From Syncephalis fuscata S228 (Eukaryota; Fungi; Zoopagomycota): a stretch of 64,000 bases of DNA. The stretch's first letter is position 1, and the number at the start of each line of letters is the position of its first letter. The translations under genes were made by a program, and so were the position numbers. Below the pieces are notes generated by a model. That model saw nothing but the letters and a program-made list of their open reading frames with translations. It did no database searches and had not been told where the DNA came from. The DNA is taken from the NCBI GenBank assembly GCA_025786725.1, contig JAHLTZ010000014.1, positions 434,001 through 498,000 of the forward strand. The letters run 5' to 3'. Shown here in pieces: positions 1 through 11,634 of the stretch.

Positions 1-297
1 AAAGTAATATTCTTGCCCATACACTACTACTGATGTGTGCCTACCATTCATAATATACAATTGCTAGTTAGCCAACTACACGTCTCTATAGTCATAATTG
101 CTATTTACCAAATTCCATCTATAAAGAGTAGTCGCAATGAAGGAGTATTGAATAGTGGCTTATTAACACAGCGATAGCAACGTCACTCCGTACTTACCAA
201 CTTGACGACCCATCAAAGGAAGTGACATGACCTTTGCCATACCACGCGATAGATCGTAAACATATAGTTTTACGGGATGACCTTCGTTCGCTGTCAT
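1..297 (-). CDS. PPPDE/DeSI-1 family desumoylating isopeptidase, 5' part (runs off window start)
   Basis: Exons 297-198, 118-109 (10 nt) and 40-<1 splice to MTANEGHPVKLYVYDLSRGMAKVMSLPLMGRQVDGIWHTSVVVYGQEYYF. This is the PPPDE VxLxVYDLS...GIWHTSVVVYG signature containing the catalytic His. Confidence 0.93.
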
Positions 298-850
298 GTT
301 AACAGAGATGGAGCAAATAGGTGTTAAAGGCAATAGCAATGGTGTTAATAGTAAAAGTATTATTAGCAATATTGATGATGTTAATAATGTTTAATAGCAA
401 TATTAATGATTAGAATTAATTTGGGATCAAAAATAGCTTTATAGTTGACAAATCAGTCTTATAATATAGAAGCGCTTTCGATCTGTTTTCCAATAGTGAT
501 TAAAAATGACTCCATTTGACTAGAATTGAAGTGCACCAATAGGGACAACTGTAACTGTACAACCAGCATTTGAACTCTTCTATCCATTTACTCATTAATT
601 GCATCCATTAACGCATGACATTTAATAAAATTACTCTTGATTGTTATAAATATCAATCGCCAAATACGTCGTTCACATTTTTCCTAATGTCCTACATGGC
701 AATTATTCTGTCGGATGTTGCCACTTTTGGTTTTTTAAAACATATTAGCGAGCCATCATCGACCAATTCCGGTCTCCTTGCCATTTAACCAGTCGTTGTT
801 GTTCAATGCCCCTTTTTCCCTTTCCAACCCGTCTGGCAACGAAGAGACAT

Positions 851-891
851 GCAGCAACAGCAGCAGCAGCAGCAGAACAGCAGCAGAGCAG
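851..891 (+). repeat. Imperfect (CAG)n microsatellite
   Basis: gcagcaacagcagcagcagcagcagaacagcagcagagcag seen directly. Confidence 0.85.
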
Positions 892-2512
892 CATTACCAT
901 CAGTGCCATAATTATTATTATTACGGTGCTGATAAGCCATGGCGTTTCATGCATTATTTCATTTACGTACGAGCGTAACCTTCTTCGTCATACTTACCGA
1001 AACAGTGTGTATGATCGAGCAATAAAGTGAATTCACGCAGTAAATGGGGCCTCTTTGTGTGTTCGGGTATCGATTTTCATGGAACCATTTGATTTGCCTG
1101 CCATTTTTGTACATCCCCTCTGCGGCATTCTTGTATGTGTGTATTTATATTATGTGTGCGCGTGTGTGGGTGGTCCATTTCAATGTTAACACTGTTTGTT
1201 TAGAAACAAGTGGGGACAACACACACACACGAATAATTCTCTCTCTCTTTGCTTGCATGTGTTGTCCTCCCTTTCGTCCACGCGGTCGACTTACTTCCTC
1301 ATTGTCTTTCGTTCTTCATCTTCCATTGGCATTCATTTTTAGTGTTGCTTTGGAGACTCCTTTTTACTGACTATTATTATTACACTACTACTATTACAAC
1401 CACTACCACAACTATTACCACTATTACTATTATTACTAGTGCTACTATATATTCACTCTTAATAGTGGCTGGCCTCACCGGCCCTACATACACGTCTATA
1501 TACAAACGCCCGTTTGTTTATTTGTTTGTTTGTGGCCATCGAGAGTACTTCCTTTTTTTGAGTGAGGAATAGAGCGTTTATTTAAAATTTGCAGGTAAGT
1601 GTAGGACGACGATGATACAAATATCCATATACGATATCTACGTGGCCGTAACCAGCTCTTGCTGTTACTGTGCTAGTATTGCTACTGTACTGGGTACTGC
1701 TTGATACATCAGTAGACAGGCAATTACTATTGGCTTGTACACTTTGGTGGCTATTTTTATTCTACTATTGTGAGGAGTGCCCAAAATGCTTGATTTTCTT
1801 ACAACGCACACACACACACACATACATACACGGAATACATACACTATCGCACACACCTATGCTACTGCTTCTCTATCTCTTTCTCTCTCTTTCTCTCTCT
1901 TTTCTTGCACTTGGCTTTTCTTATTCTCTTGCATTGTTTGTTTGTTCAGCTTGGCTTGTTTAATCGCTTCAATACCGTCTAACACCTGTTGCTTTTGCTT
2001 TCAGTCCTGTACTTTTGCCATTTCTTGGGCTTGCTGAGTATACAAACTACTTTTCTTGCCAAGCGTATACAAAACTTGAGCTTTCTTGTAGTCCAATTCT
2101 TGTTTCAACTATTTTAAGCAACGCATACATTCAGCAATCTCTACATTGTTATTTGGGTAAGCATCTTAGCCTATGCCTGAATGGTTGTCACTCTTCTGGC
2201 CTATCATGGCTGCATCGACTGCCATAGGCCTATGTGGTGTCTAGAAACTCAGCAGTTGATTAAACAACATCGTAAACGGAGTATGTAGGCGTGTTTCACT
2301 ATATGTTTGTCTACTAAACATTTCGGTTTCACTTGATGGCTATTTATGCGATCACATATAGGCCAATAGTTAGCTACACGTATACCTACTAGCCTGTAAT
2401 ATAGTGACTATTTTTATAGTCCTACATTTCTTTGTATACAGTATAACATAGAATGGTTTTTATCTGTACATGTATCATTTACTTTGTTTAATTAGCTAAC
2501 TATATACATATA

Positions 2513-2543
<31 letters not shown>
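2513..2543 (+). repeat. Compound (AT)n(GT)n microsatellite
   Basis: atatatatatatatatatgtgtgtgtgtgtg seen directly. Confidence 0.9.
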
Positions 2544-2544
<1 letters not shown>

Positions 2545-3077
2545 AATTACGTATAATGAAACACTATTGTTGGCATAGCTATTATTGTCAATGTTGTCGT
2601 TAATTGCAATATAATTGATATATAACTATAAATGAACAACACGCATTGATTGTAATATGAGTGGAATATAAATACATTTGCTAACAAAATACTCATTTTT
2701 ATTCATTTAGATAATCTACATTTATAACGATCGTCCAGACACAATAACTATTCGTTTTTGGTGAAAGTTGCATTATTAGCATCATCTAAACGCGTACTAT
2801 CTGCATTTATTTTGGCCATATAACGCCTTAAAATATTGCACCCTACCTGTCATTGCAATTACTATTTGGACGTATAGCTATCGGTATCGCTTATTATCAT
2901 CACCAAGAGTACATTCCACCATTGCATCGACATTAGCGCTCACTTAATTAGGCGCCAACAACAACACGCTATACACGAGTGCATATTCATCACTTAAGTA
3001 GACGGCAACTTAAATCATTCGGCCAATTGAACTGGTATTAGTATTTGACGCAGGTGTGCGTCAACTCTATAGTAAAT

Positions 3078-4486
3078 ATGAGCAGAAATGCCTTGAGCGC
3101 TGCTCATGTTTCCGACTATACAAATCGGCGTAGTCGTATTAATTATCGAAACACAAACTGGACACAACTATGGCAGCAAATGCCATTTCTTATAGGCTTT
3201 TTTATGGCGATTATTACTGTCGCCTCATGTCTTATCGCCGAGCCTGTCAATGCCATCCAAACACCCACGATGCAGTCCAATAATCTTATAAGACGAGCAG
3301 GTAAGCGTTAACTTTACAGTAACAACTATTTATAAAAATGGGATTGATTCGGGACTAGAGGCGTTATATGACACCAGATAGATTATATAATACTAACAAT
3401 AACATTATTATTATAGGAGTTATTGGGCCTGCTGATCGAACCAATTGTCTATCTGACATCTATTGCCTTCCACAAGCAAATGCAGTTATTAATACCACAA
3501 ACTTTGTACTTCAATGGAATCCGTATGCAAATAAAATCAGTACAGCTGGCCAGGTTGATATTTATTTAACTTCCGCATCAGATCCATATAACAATCCACG
3601 ATTCATTTCAAACCAGCAATCATCACCTGGCTCAATGGGTCAAATCGAGGTTACAGTAAAGCCTGAATACTTTTCAACCAAACCTCAGCCTGGTCAAACA
3701 ACTACTGAAATGATGTATCTTTGGATTCTGCCAGCTCGAGAAAAGCCTGATGCAAGTCAAAAAGCACTACCTATAACGCTTGCTTTGACGCTTCCTCCAA
3801 CGCCTACCACGTCTAGCACATCTACTATTAGCGTAAGCGCGCCAACAGGCACAGATCAGTCCAAAGCGAAGCATAGCGCAGGACTTAGTACAGGTGCCAT
3901 TATCGGTATTAGCGTCGGCGGAGGAGTGTTATTGCTGATAATAATAGCTGGCTTAATTATCTGGGGTATTTATAGGCGTCGTTCTGCAGCAGCCGCTGCC
4001 GCAAAAGCCAAAGCCAATCGCAGCGGTGCTCCAGATTCAAGTGCTGTTGTAGAAGCGAATGCGGCGGGAGGTGCAGCTGCAGTTGCAGCGGGTAGTTCAG
4101 ACACTCTTAATGCACCAGCATCGCCAGGCAATTTATCAGCCGGCGATGCTATTCTTATTGCAGAAACATACCGGCAACTAATGCGAAAGCCAAGCTGGAA
4201 GATTGCAGCAGGCGAAGGAGTAGAGGAGGAGGAGGAGGAGGACGATGACGATGGTGAAGCACTCGATCCAATGCTTAATCGTCGTAAAACAGGTGCACGA
4301 GTGCTAATGGAAGAGCTGGCGAATGAAGGCCACGGCCTACAAAACGTCACTGCAGGCACTGCCATTTGCATAGACGACTCGGCCAGTGCAGTAACAGAGA
4401 CAGCACGGCACAGCGCAGCATCTACGACAACGCCACTGGTCACCTCTCTCTCCCCACCTGGATCGCCAAAATCCCTAACACGATAA
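3078..4486 (+). CDS. Uncharacterised type I single-pass membrane protein (signal peptide, Cys-containing ectodomain, S/T stalk, TM helix, acidic cytoplasmic tail)
   Basis: Exon 3078-3300, GTAAGC..TATAG intron 3301-3416, exon 3417-4486. Hydrophobic leader FLIGFFMAIITVASCLIA, TM GAIIGISVGGGVLLLIIIAGLIIWGIY followed by RRR. Confidence 0.8.
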
Positions 4487-5373
4487 ATTGCCGTATGTTT
4501 CATTCATTCCATGTCGAAAAATGGCAACCTTATCAATCTGATATGGCTTGTATTTCCATCAGACTTTAGTCGTGCTTATTTCAAGTCTTGTAGTGATCGT
4601 CATACCTATGCAACAACACGCAAATATCCGTCGACCTTGGTTGTTTTCTTGTTTCCGGATTCCTACGTTCTTTTTATTTTTGATCTTTACCAATTAGCGT
4701 CATGATCATCGTTGTTCAGTGTTCCCTTTATTGACCGTTTATCTCTCTCTCTCCATCTCTTTGTTCTATGCAACCACGCTTCCTTATTCCCCCGCTGTTG
4801 CCTGCGATGATGCTGACGTGGTGTGTTTTTCTAAACAGTGCACATTACCATTATTGTCGTTAGACTTGCCATGATAATGCTGCACCATGATAATTATTAT
4901 ATACATTATTAATTGAACAGCATAATGTTGTCGTTTTTATTTATGTTTATTAAGTCAATACTATGTTTTATTGCATCACAGTAAATGATAATAATAGCGA
5001 TGCTACGTATTGGTTACAGTGCAATAGGAAGTATTTAATAGAACAATACAAGTAAATACCAATGACTATTTATTGTTGTTCAATTGTGCTAGAAAATAGC
5101 ATAATATCTATAAATCAGAAGCTATTTACTTATTTCACTCCTTTTCTTAACACTTTTAGACACAATTAAACGCTTATTCATTACTAAAGCATGTATAATA
5201 TTACATCCAACATTAATTAATTCATGTGTAATTAATTATCTTTATTGTTTCTTTAATATACATATTATAATTATGATATTAATTGTTCAAAATGCCATTT
5301 ATTTAGTCAGATTGGCTATAGGAAAAGTAGCTGTTTAATAAACAACTTTTATACTAATTATATTAATCTTGAT

Positions 5374-5582
5374 CTTACATCACAAATATGCCCAAATGCA
5401 ACAGTAGAATATTAGAAAATAGAAGAAACCATTTAGATGCAATAATCCATGCTGTATGTAGATGCAACAATAACAACTGCAAAACGATATGGAATCGCAA
5501 TCATATGGCTTCTATTAATATTTGATCAGTCTTTCTACACATGGCCAACAACAACAGTAATCGGCCTCAAATGTTTCAATAA
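5374..5582 (+). pseudogene. Degenerate Fanzor/TnpB C-terminal fragment (post-RuvC-II, zinc ribbon, RuvC-III)
   Basis: With a 1-nt deletion near 5395 it translates as LTSQICP(K)CNSRILENRRNHLDAIIHAVCRCNNNNCKTIWNRNHMASINI*SVFLHMANNNSNRPQMFQ*. This matches the TSxxCxxC...CxxC..WNRDxxAxxN...RP..F architecture of Fanzor1/TnpB. Confidence 0.75.
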
Positions 5583-6199
5583 AATCAAATAGTATGTTAC
5601 ATTGTTTATTTAAATCAATTTATTAGCAATATTTTAATAGAAACTAATATAATTATGCTATACATAACAGCGCGACTCCAATTGGAATGAATGATAGCAT
5701 GGTGCCAAAATATGGGCTATTTATTCATGTAGCCAAAATACAATGCCGAATTGAATACATGAAAACTCAATCAATATACCTTTATGGCTTAATAAGCTAG
5801 TTACAGTTTACGCACAACAATATGTATTTTAAAAAAAGTACAAATTTAGTACGCTAGCGTTATTGTTGCATCGATGTTAAAAGGTGTTTAGAATGCATGC
5901 AGATATTTGAGATTATGTTTGCTGGTAAAAGCAGCAGCAAAGACATAGTGGTCCATCATTTCTGTTTCATAAAACTAATAGATTCAGATTATGTCGTATA
6001 GCTGGCATGTGTAATAGTATAATACTAATCATTAGGTGCGTTTTTACCATATGTTTACTGGATGATAATACTACCACGTCCTCTTCTAGCAATATCATCA
6101 TCACTCTCTACTTTCTGCTAAATACTCGCTATTTACTGCTTTACACTGCTACATTTTATTGTTAATTATACTTGTTTGTTTTAACAAATCAATATCAGC

Positions 6200-6313
6200 A
6201 TGAAGCTTTCTATCGTCATCGTCCGCACTATTGTCATGACTCTTGTAGTCAATAATGCCATTGTGGATATTAAACCAACCCGAGTTCGTCGTGGCATGTT
6301 TTACTCACGATAA
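6200..6313 (+). CDS. Putative 37-aa small secreted peptide or truncated secreted-protein gene
   Basis: MKLSIVIVRTIVMTLVVNNAIVDIKPTRVRRGMFYSR*. Signal-peptide-like N-terminus, preceded by a pyrimidine-rich leader; below the ORF-track size cutoff. Confidence 0.35.
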   Translation: MKLSIVIVRTIVMTLVVNNAIVDIKPTRVRRGMFYSR

Positions 6314-7176
6314 ATGTGCAAATTGATATACTTACTAGCTCGTAAGTAGCATTATATATTAATAAACTATGCGTTAATTACATGCTATACACTCTGTGTG
6401 CTTAACAACTTGTATTAATAAATGGAATTGCATATCAGCTATCCTATGAGCTAACTACATAATACGCACTGTATATACTTGATGATTTGTAGCTCGTAGA
6501 TATATGCTATATTGAAATAGTAAACACTTGAATAGCCTAGCATGCTATAAACTATATATGACGCAATTTCATGAGGAGTTGGATTTGATAATTGTAGTTT
6601 TATGACTGCTTAATTAGATGGAATATATGAAAAGGAACAGCTACAGACTATTGTTTCAAATTTACTCCCTTAATGCCTTGCTGTTACAATGATTTGGTCA
6701 TTGATGCAAAGCCCAATGTTGACTTGAATATTGACTGCTAAAACAAATGCTTGCAAATTGCTTTGATACAATTTTAAACGTAACAAAACACGGTACAGCC
6801 TAGTTATATACTCATTCGATGCAATATACTGTCCTTTGCAGAAAGAAGCAATAAAACAGATAAAACAACTAAATATAGTTGCAACTATACAACTAGAAAC
6901 TAGTATATTGCGCTTCAATAGATTCTGATACAGTCGAAACTAAACAAGATTTACATATACACATATAGAACATGATTGTCTTAGAGTAGTACAAGTCTGG
7001 CAAAACTAAATTCCGATTTTACCGCAGTACATCTATTTAAATGTCGACGTAAGCAAACAAATCCCTATTCCCTTATCTTATTACTGCACTTTTCTTGGCT
7101 TGAAAACCAACCATCATTGATACTATAGTCCACTCTACATATAACCAACCAGCCAGCCAGCCGAGTAACCACAAAA

Positions 7177-8969
7177 ATGTTCCGTAAGGTAGCCGAACAA
7201 GTACTACAGGAGATACGCAGGTGGATAGTATTTGCCGAGTAAACCGAACATAACTAACCAACTGTCAAAGCAAACGTGAGCTCGAGTCGAGTGCCCACAA
7301 AATGCTGCGTTCTTATCCGGGCAATCAGGCCACCATGATGCATAATGAGCCTGTTCCGGGTATTGATTGTCCACCAAGCACGGGCGTTATCTATGTTATG
7401 GATCGGTTAGTTGTAGCACTGTTAGTAAACGCATAGCTTACCTATTGTTTTTATCAGTGCTTCCCATAGCGGTTATAAATATGGCGCACCAGGATGGGCA
7501 AACTTTGGTCAAGGTGCCCCTGAAGGTAGCTATTCAAGTGTTTTTACAAGCCTGTATAAATAACAAACTAATACACGGTTTAGTTGGACCTATACCTGGC
7601 GCTGCACCCAAGCCATCTACCATCACCATACCAGAAAAAGGATTTGAGTATGCGCCAGTCGAAGGTGCACGTGAACTAAGAGAAGCTGTGGCCAATTTGT
7701 ACAATATCCGTTATCGACAAGGCAAAGCTTCGCAATACACTTACGAAAACGTGTGTATTGTTCCCGGTGGCCGAGCTGGTCTAACTCGAATTGGCGCCAC
7801 CATCGGTGACGTAAATGTCGGTTACTTTTTGCCGGAATACACGGCTTACGAGCAAATGTTAAGTATATTTAAACGATTTGTGCCAATCCCCTCCGTACTC
7901 GACGAGTCGAGTGACTATCACGTCGACCCGCGTGTTATGCGCAAGGAGATTACAAAACGTGGTCTTGGTCTGGTACTCATGAGTAATCCTGGTAATCCAA
8001 CTGGCCAAATGGTCCAAGGTGAAGAATTGGCCGAGTGTGTGCAAATTGCCCGTGACCGCAAGTGTACTATGGTGTTTGATGAGTTTTATTCTGGCTACAT
8101 CTATCCAGAAAACGGCGGCGAGTATGGAGACACAGTTAGCTCATGCAGATACGTCGATAGTAAGTCAACTCGCGCCATCTTATTTGTAATAATACTAAAC
8201 ATTAAATTGATTTGCAGATGTTAATGAAGATCCAATTATTATTGTCGATGGCCTAACCAAGAATCATCGTCTGCCAGGCTGGCGTGTTTGCTGGCTTATC
8301 GGACCAAAAGAAATGGTCTTCTCGATGCAGTCGGCTGGATCTTTCCTAGAAGGTAATGGCTAGAATGCTGATAATGCTCATATATCTAACATGAGCAATT
8401 GCCAACTAGGTGGTGCCAACCATCCTCTACAACTGGCATCTATTCCTTTGCTTGAGCCAGACCATTTCCACACTGAAATGGTTGCACTACAGAAGCACTT
8501 TGACCAGAAACGTAAATATGTCATCAATCGTTTGGAGGCAATGGGTCTTCCTGTAACTCATCCACCTAAAGCCACATTTTACATCTGGCTTGATCTGTCT
8601 CCACTTCCTAACCCACTGAATGTTGGTTTAAGCTTTTTTGAAGAACTATTAAAGGAGAAAGTGTAAGTTATAGTTTATTTTTTTACCAACAAACAGCTAA
8701 TCATCCAACCATATAACTATACAACTGTATTTCATCAACAGTATTGTAGGCAAGTGCTATATTAATGGCGTAATTGATTATTTATCTAATATATTTGTAA
8801 AACAGTGCCAGGCATTTTCTTTGATGTTAATCCATCCCATCGTCGTGATTTATTCGAGTCGCCTTGCCATCACTTTGTTCGACTATCGTTCGGTCCACCA
8901 ATGGAGGATTTGGAAAGAGGCTTGGATGGCATTGAGCGTTTGTTGAAGAATTACAACTACTCCGCTTAA
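7177..8969 (+). CDS. PLP-dependent aminotransferase class I/II (aspartate aminotransferase-like), multi-exon
   Basis: Spliced product contains WANFGQGAPE, YAPVEGARELREAVA, SNPGNPTG, FDEFY, DGLTKNHRLPGWR (PLP Lys) and VVPGIFFDVNP. The start may be 7177 (via intron 7221-7270) or 7302; stop TAA 8967-8969. Confidence 0.9.
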
Positions 8970-9135
8970 TCGAATGTGTTTATTTATTAACACGCTTGCA
9001 CCAAATAGCAATAAACCTATTTTACATATTTTTGCCAATAATCACAAACTGATACACTAAATTAACATTGGCATAAAACAGCCTATTAATTTCCCACTGT
9101 ACTGTTTGCTGTTTCTTTATTACAAGTAGAGAAAA

Positions 9136-10394
9136 CTAAGAAGTTGGAGTTGGATTTGGTGGTGGAGTTTCGGGCGCTGGTGCTGGCGCTGGTCCAGGCG
9201 TAGCTTCCGGCCACTCAATTGAATAAGAAAAAAACTGAGTTTTGAATAGCAACGCTAGAATAGCATGGGCCGCCAGTACAATTAGCAGTAGTGCCTGTGT
9301 CCGTTGATGCTGCGAGCGCATCAATACTTGTCGAACATTTTGAAAGATAAAATATCCTAATATGTAGTTTAGCATAATACAATATAAAATTAACAGCCAT
9401 TTAGTATCTACCTGAAATGGCAAATCCAATTAGAACCAATACCCAGCGCAAACTATTATACGGTAGCACGGACAACACCTTGATTGGTTCAACATGGTCA
9501 ATATAACACTAATCATTATCGATATATTCACTTACTGATATAGGAATCCACACGGTCATGCCGTAGCCATATACAGCTAGCAACTCTAGCCAGCTAGCCT
9601 GGCAACCAAAATATTTTGCAGCAGCCCAAACTGCCAGTGACATACCTGCCACATAGGAATAAATGGTGGATACAGCAAAACTAAGAACACTCAAATCATA
9701 TTGATACGGCTTCTGAGACAAATACGCAGCAAGCGAACCGGCCAATGATGATGTCACAAAGCAAGTGAAAATGACAGTTGTTGGAATCCAAAATGGACCT
9801 ATTAATATTCGTCAATATTACACTATTATTACTATTCATTATTATTACTATTCGTTATATTATTTACCATATAGGTCAGGTGTCAATGCTATTCTATCAA
9901 TAAAGCTTCCTTGAGGAATTAGAGCGGCTTTGGCTCGAACTAATACCTAGTAATATCATTGCTTATAGTTAGTATATAGATCCGCTATAAATTAATATGT
10001 CTTACTTGGTCGGTATCAACGTTGAAATATTGCTTGTAGTAGTCGAGGTTAAAGAAGGAGCTACCACTAAATGAACCTGGCTGACTTTCGAGCTGGCTAG
10101 GATCCTGATACGCAGGCGCTACATTGTAGATTTAGTTACTACTGTACAAATAGCAATAATCACAACCTACGTGCATTAGATGGACCTGCTCCACTTGTCA
10201 TATTAGGTGTAAAAGCTATTTACTTGTGACGTCAGCACTGTTTAACTACCGTGTTCACAGCTTACTTTGGAATCTTAATTCGCCGTCATCCTGCGTTTAA
10301 TATAATAAGCCGAGTTATTATCAATCGCTATGCCCAAAGAGAATACACTTACCTCGGGTACATTAACCACGTTGTAACCTTCTTTACTGGCCAT
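9136..10394 (-). CDS. YIP1-domain Golgi membrane protein (YIPF1/2, Yip5-like), multi-exon
   Basis: Exons encode FFNLDYYKQYFNVDTDQVLVR, PDLYGPFWIPTTVIF and LLAVYGYGMTVWIPIS, typical of YIPF1/2. ATG at 10394. Confidence 0.9.
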
Positions 10395-10485
10395 GGTGAC
10401 AATACTGCACAACAAATAAGATGGGAGAAAGAAATACGCTTGCTATTAGTTTTACACGACTCCTTCCTATTTTCTTTGATTCACT

Positions 10486-11570
10486 ATGGCTGACACCACG
10501 GCGCCCGAGATTATTTCAGTCCATGGAACGAATCCACAGTTTTTAGTAGAGAAGATTATTCGTTCGCGTATCTACGATTCGCTTTATTGGAAAGAGCATT
10601 GTTTTGCACTGACAGGTACGGCTATTAGACGCTAGACTACTAATGATTAATGATGGCTGTATTGTAGCTGAAACAATTATAGACAAAGCAGTGGATTTGG
10701 AGTATATTGGCGGTCAATATGCCAATACGCGTCCAACAGAATTCCTATGTTTAACGTTAAAGTTGCTGCAAATCCAGCCAGAAAAAGATATTATTCTAGA
10801 ATATCTTAATAATGAAGATTTCAAGTAAGTAAAATAGTATTAATAGAAGTACTGCTTATTAGAGACTATTAGGTATTTGACAGCATTGGCGGCGTTTTAT
10901 TTACGACTTGTAGGAAATAGTGTTGAGATCTACCAACATTTGGAACCATTATTGGCGGATTACAGAAAGCTTCGTCGTCGCAGTAATAGTAGGTGTAGAT
11001 TATTTGCTAATAGCCAGTATTGTTATTGACACAGTAAAATGCAATTGTATAACAGTTGGTTTTGATTTAATTTGTATGGACGAATTGATTGATGCTTTAT
11101 TACATGAAGAACGTGTTTGTGACATTATTCTACCTCGTTTACAAAAAAGACATGTTCTAGAAGAAGTTGGCGATCTAGAACCACGTATTAGCCCATTGGC
11201 CGCCGAATTACAAGCGGAGGAAAAGCAAACGGCCGAGGCAGAACGACAACGATTACGTGAAATAGAACGTGAAAAGGACCGACAACGAGAGGCAAAATCT
11301 CGAGAAGAACAAGCAGCTAGCGCTACTACTGTCATTACAAATGGAGAAGGTCGTCGTCGTGACACACGGTCTCGTTCTAGATCGCGTGACAACCATGGAC
11401 GTCGTCATAGTTCTCGTGATCGTGGTCGTTCCACGGCAATGGTTACATCTCGCTCTAGGTCTCGTGAACAGAGACGTCATCATAGCCGTAGTCGTAGTCG
11501 TACGCGATATCATCACCGCAGCTCAAGTCATAGCCGGCATGACCGTAATAGAAGAACAAATGATAGATAG
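10486..11570 (+). CDS. PRP38: Pre-mRNA splicing factor Prp38 with RS-rich tail
   Basis: SVHGTNPQFLVEKIIRSRIYDSLYWKEHCFALT, RPTEFLCLTLKLLQIQP, LEPLLADYRKLR and ERVCDIILPRL; three short introns. Confidence 0.95.
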
Positions 11571-11634
11571 TTACCAATTAATTAATAATTAAAATGAATA
11601 AAAATAGCTGTTTATTGTACGACTGTGACTATAA

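Noticed and set aside
745-2227. Numerous 60-108 aa ORFs in the ORF track
   Set aside because: Low-complexity, microsatellite-driven translations with no domain; more likely promoter, 5'UTR or intron sequence.
6400-7000. Possible pseudogene fragments, including ORF 6670-6918
   Set aside because: No recognisable motif in any frame I read.
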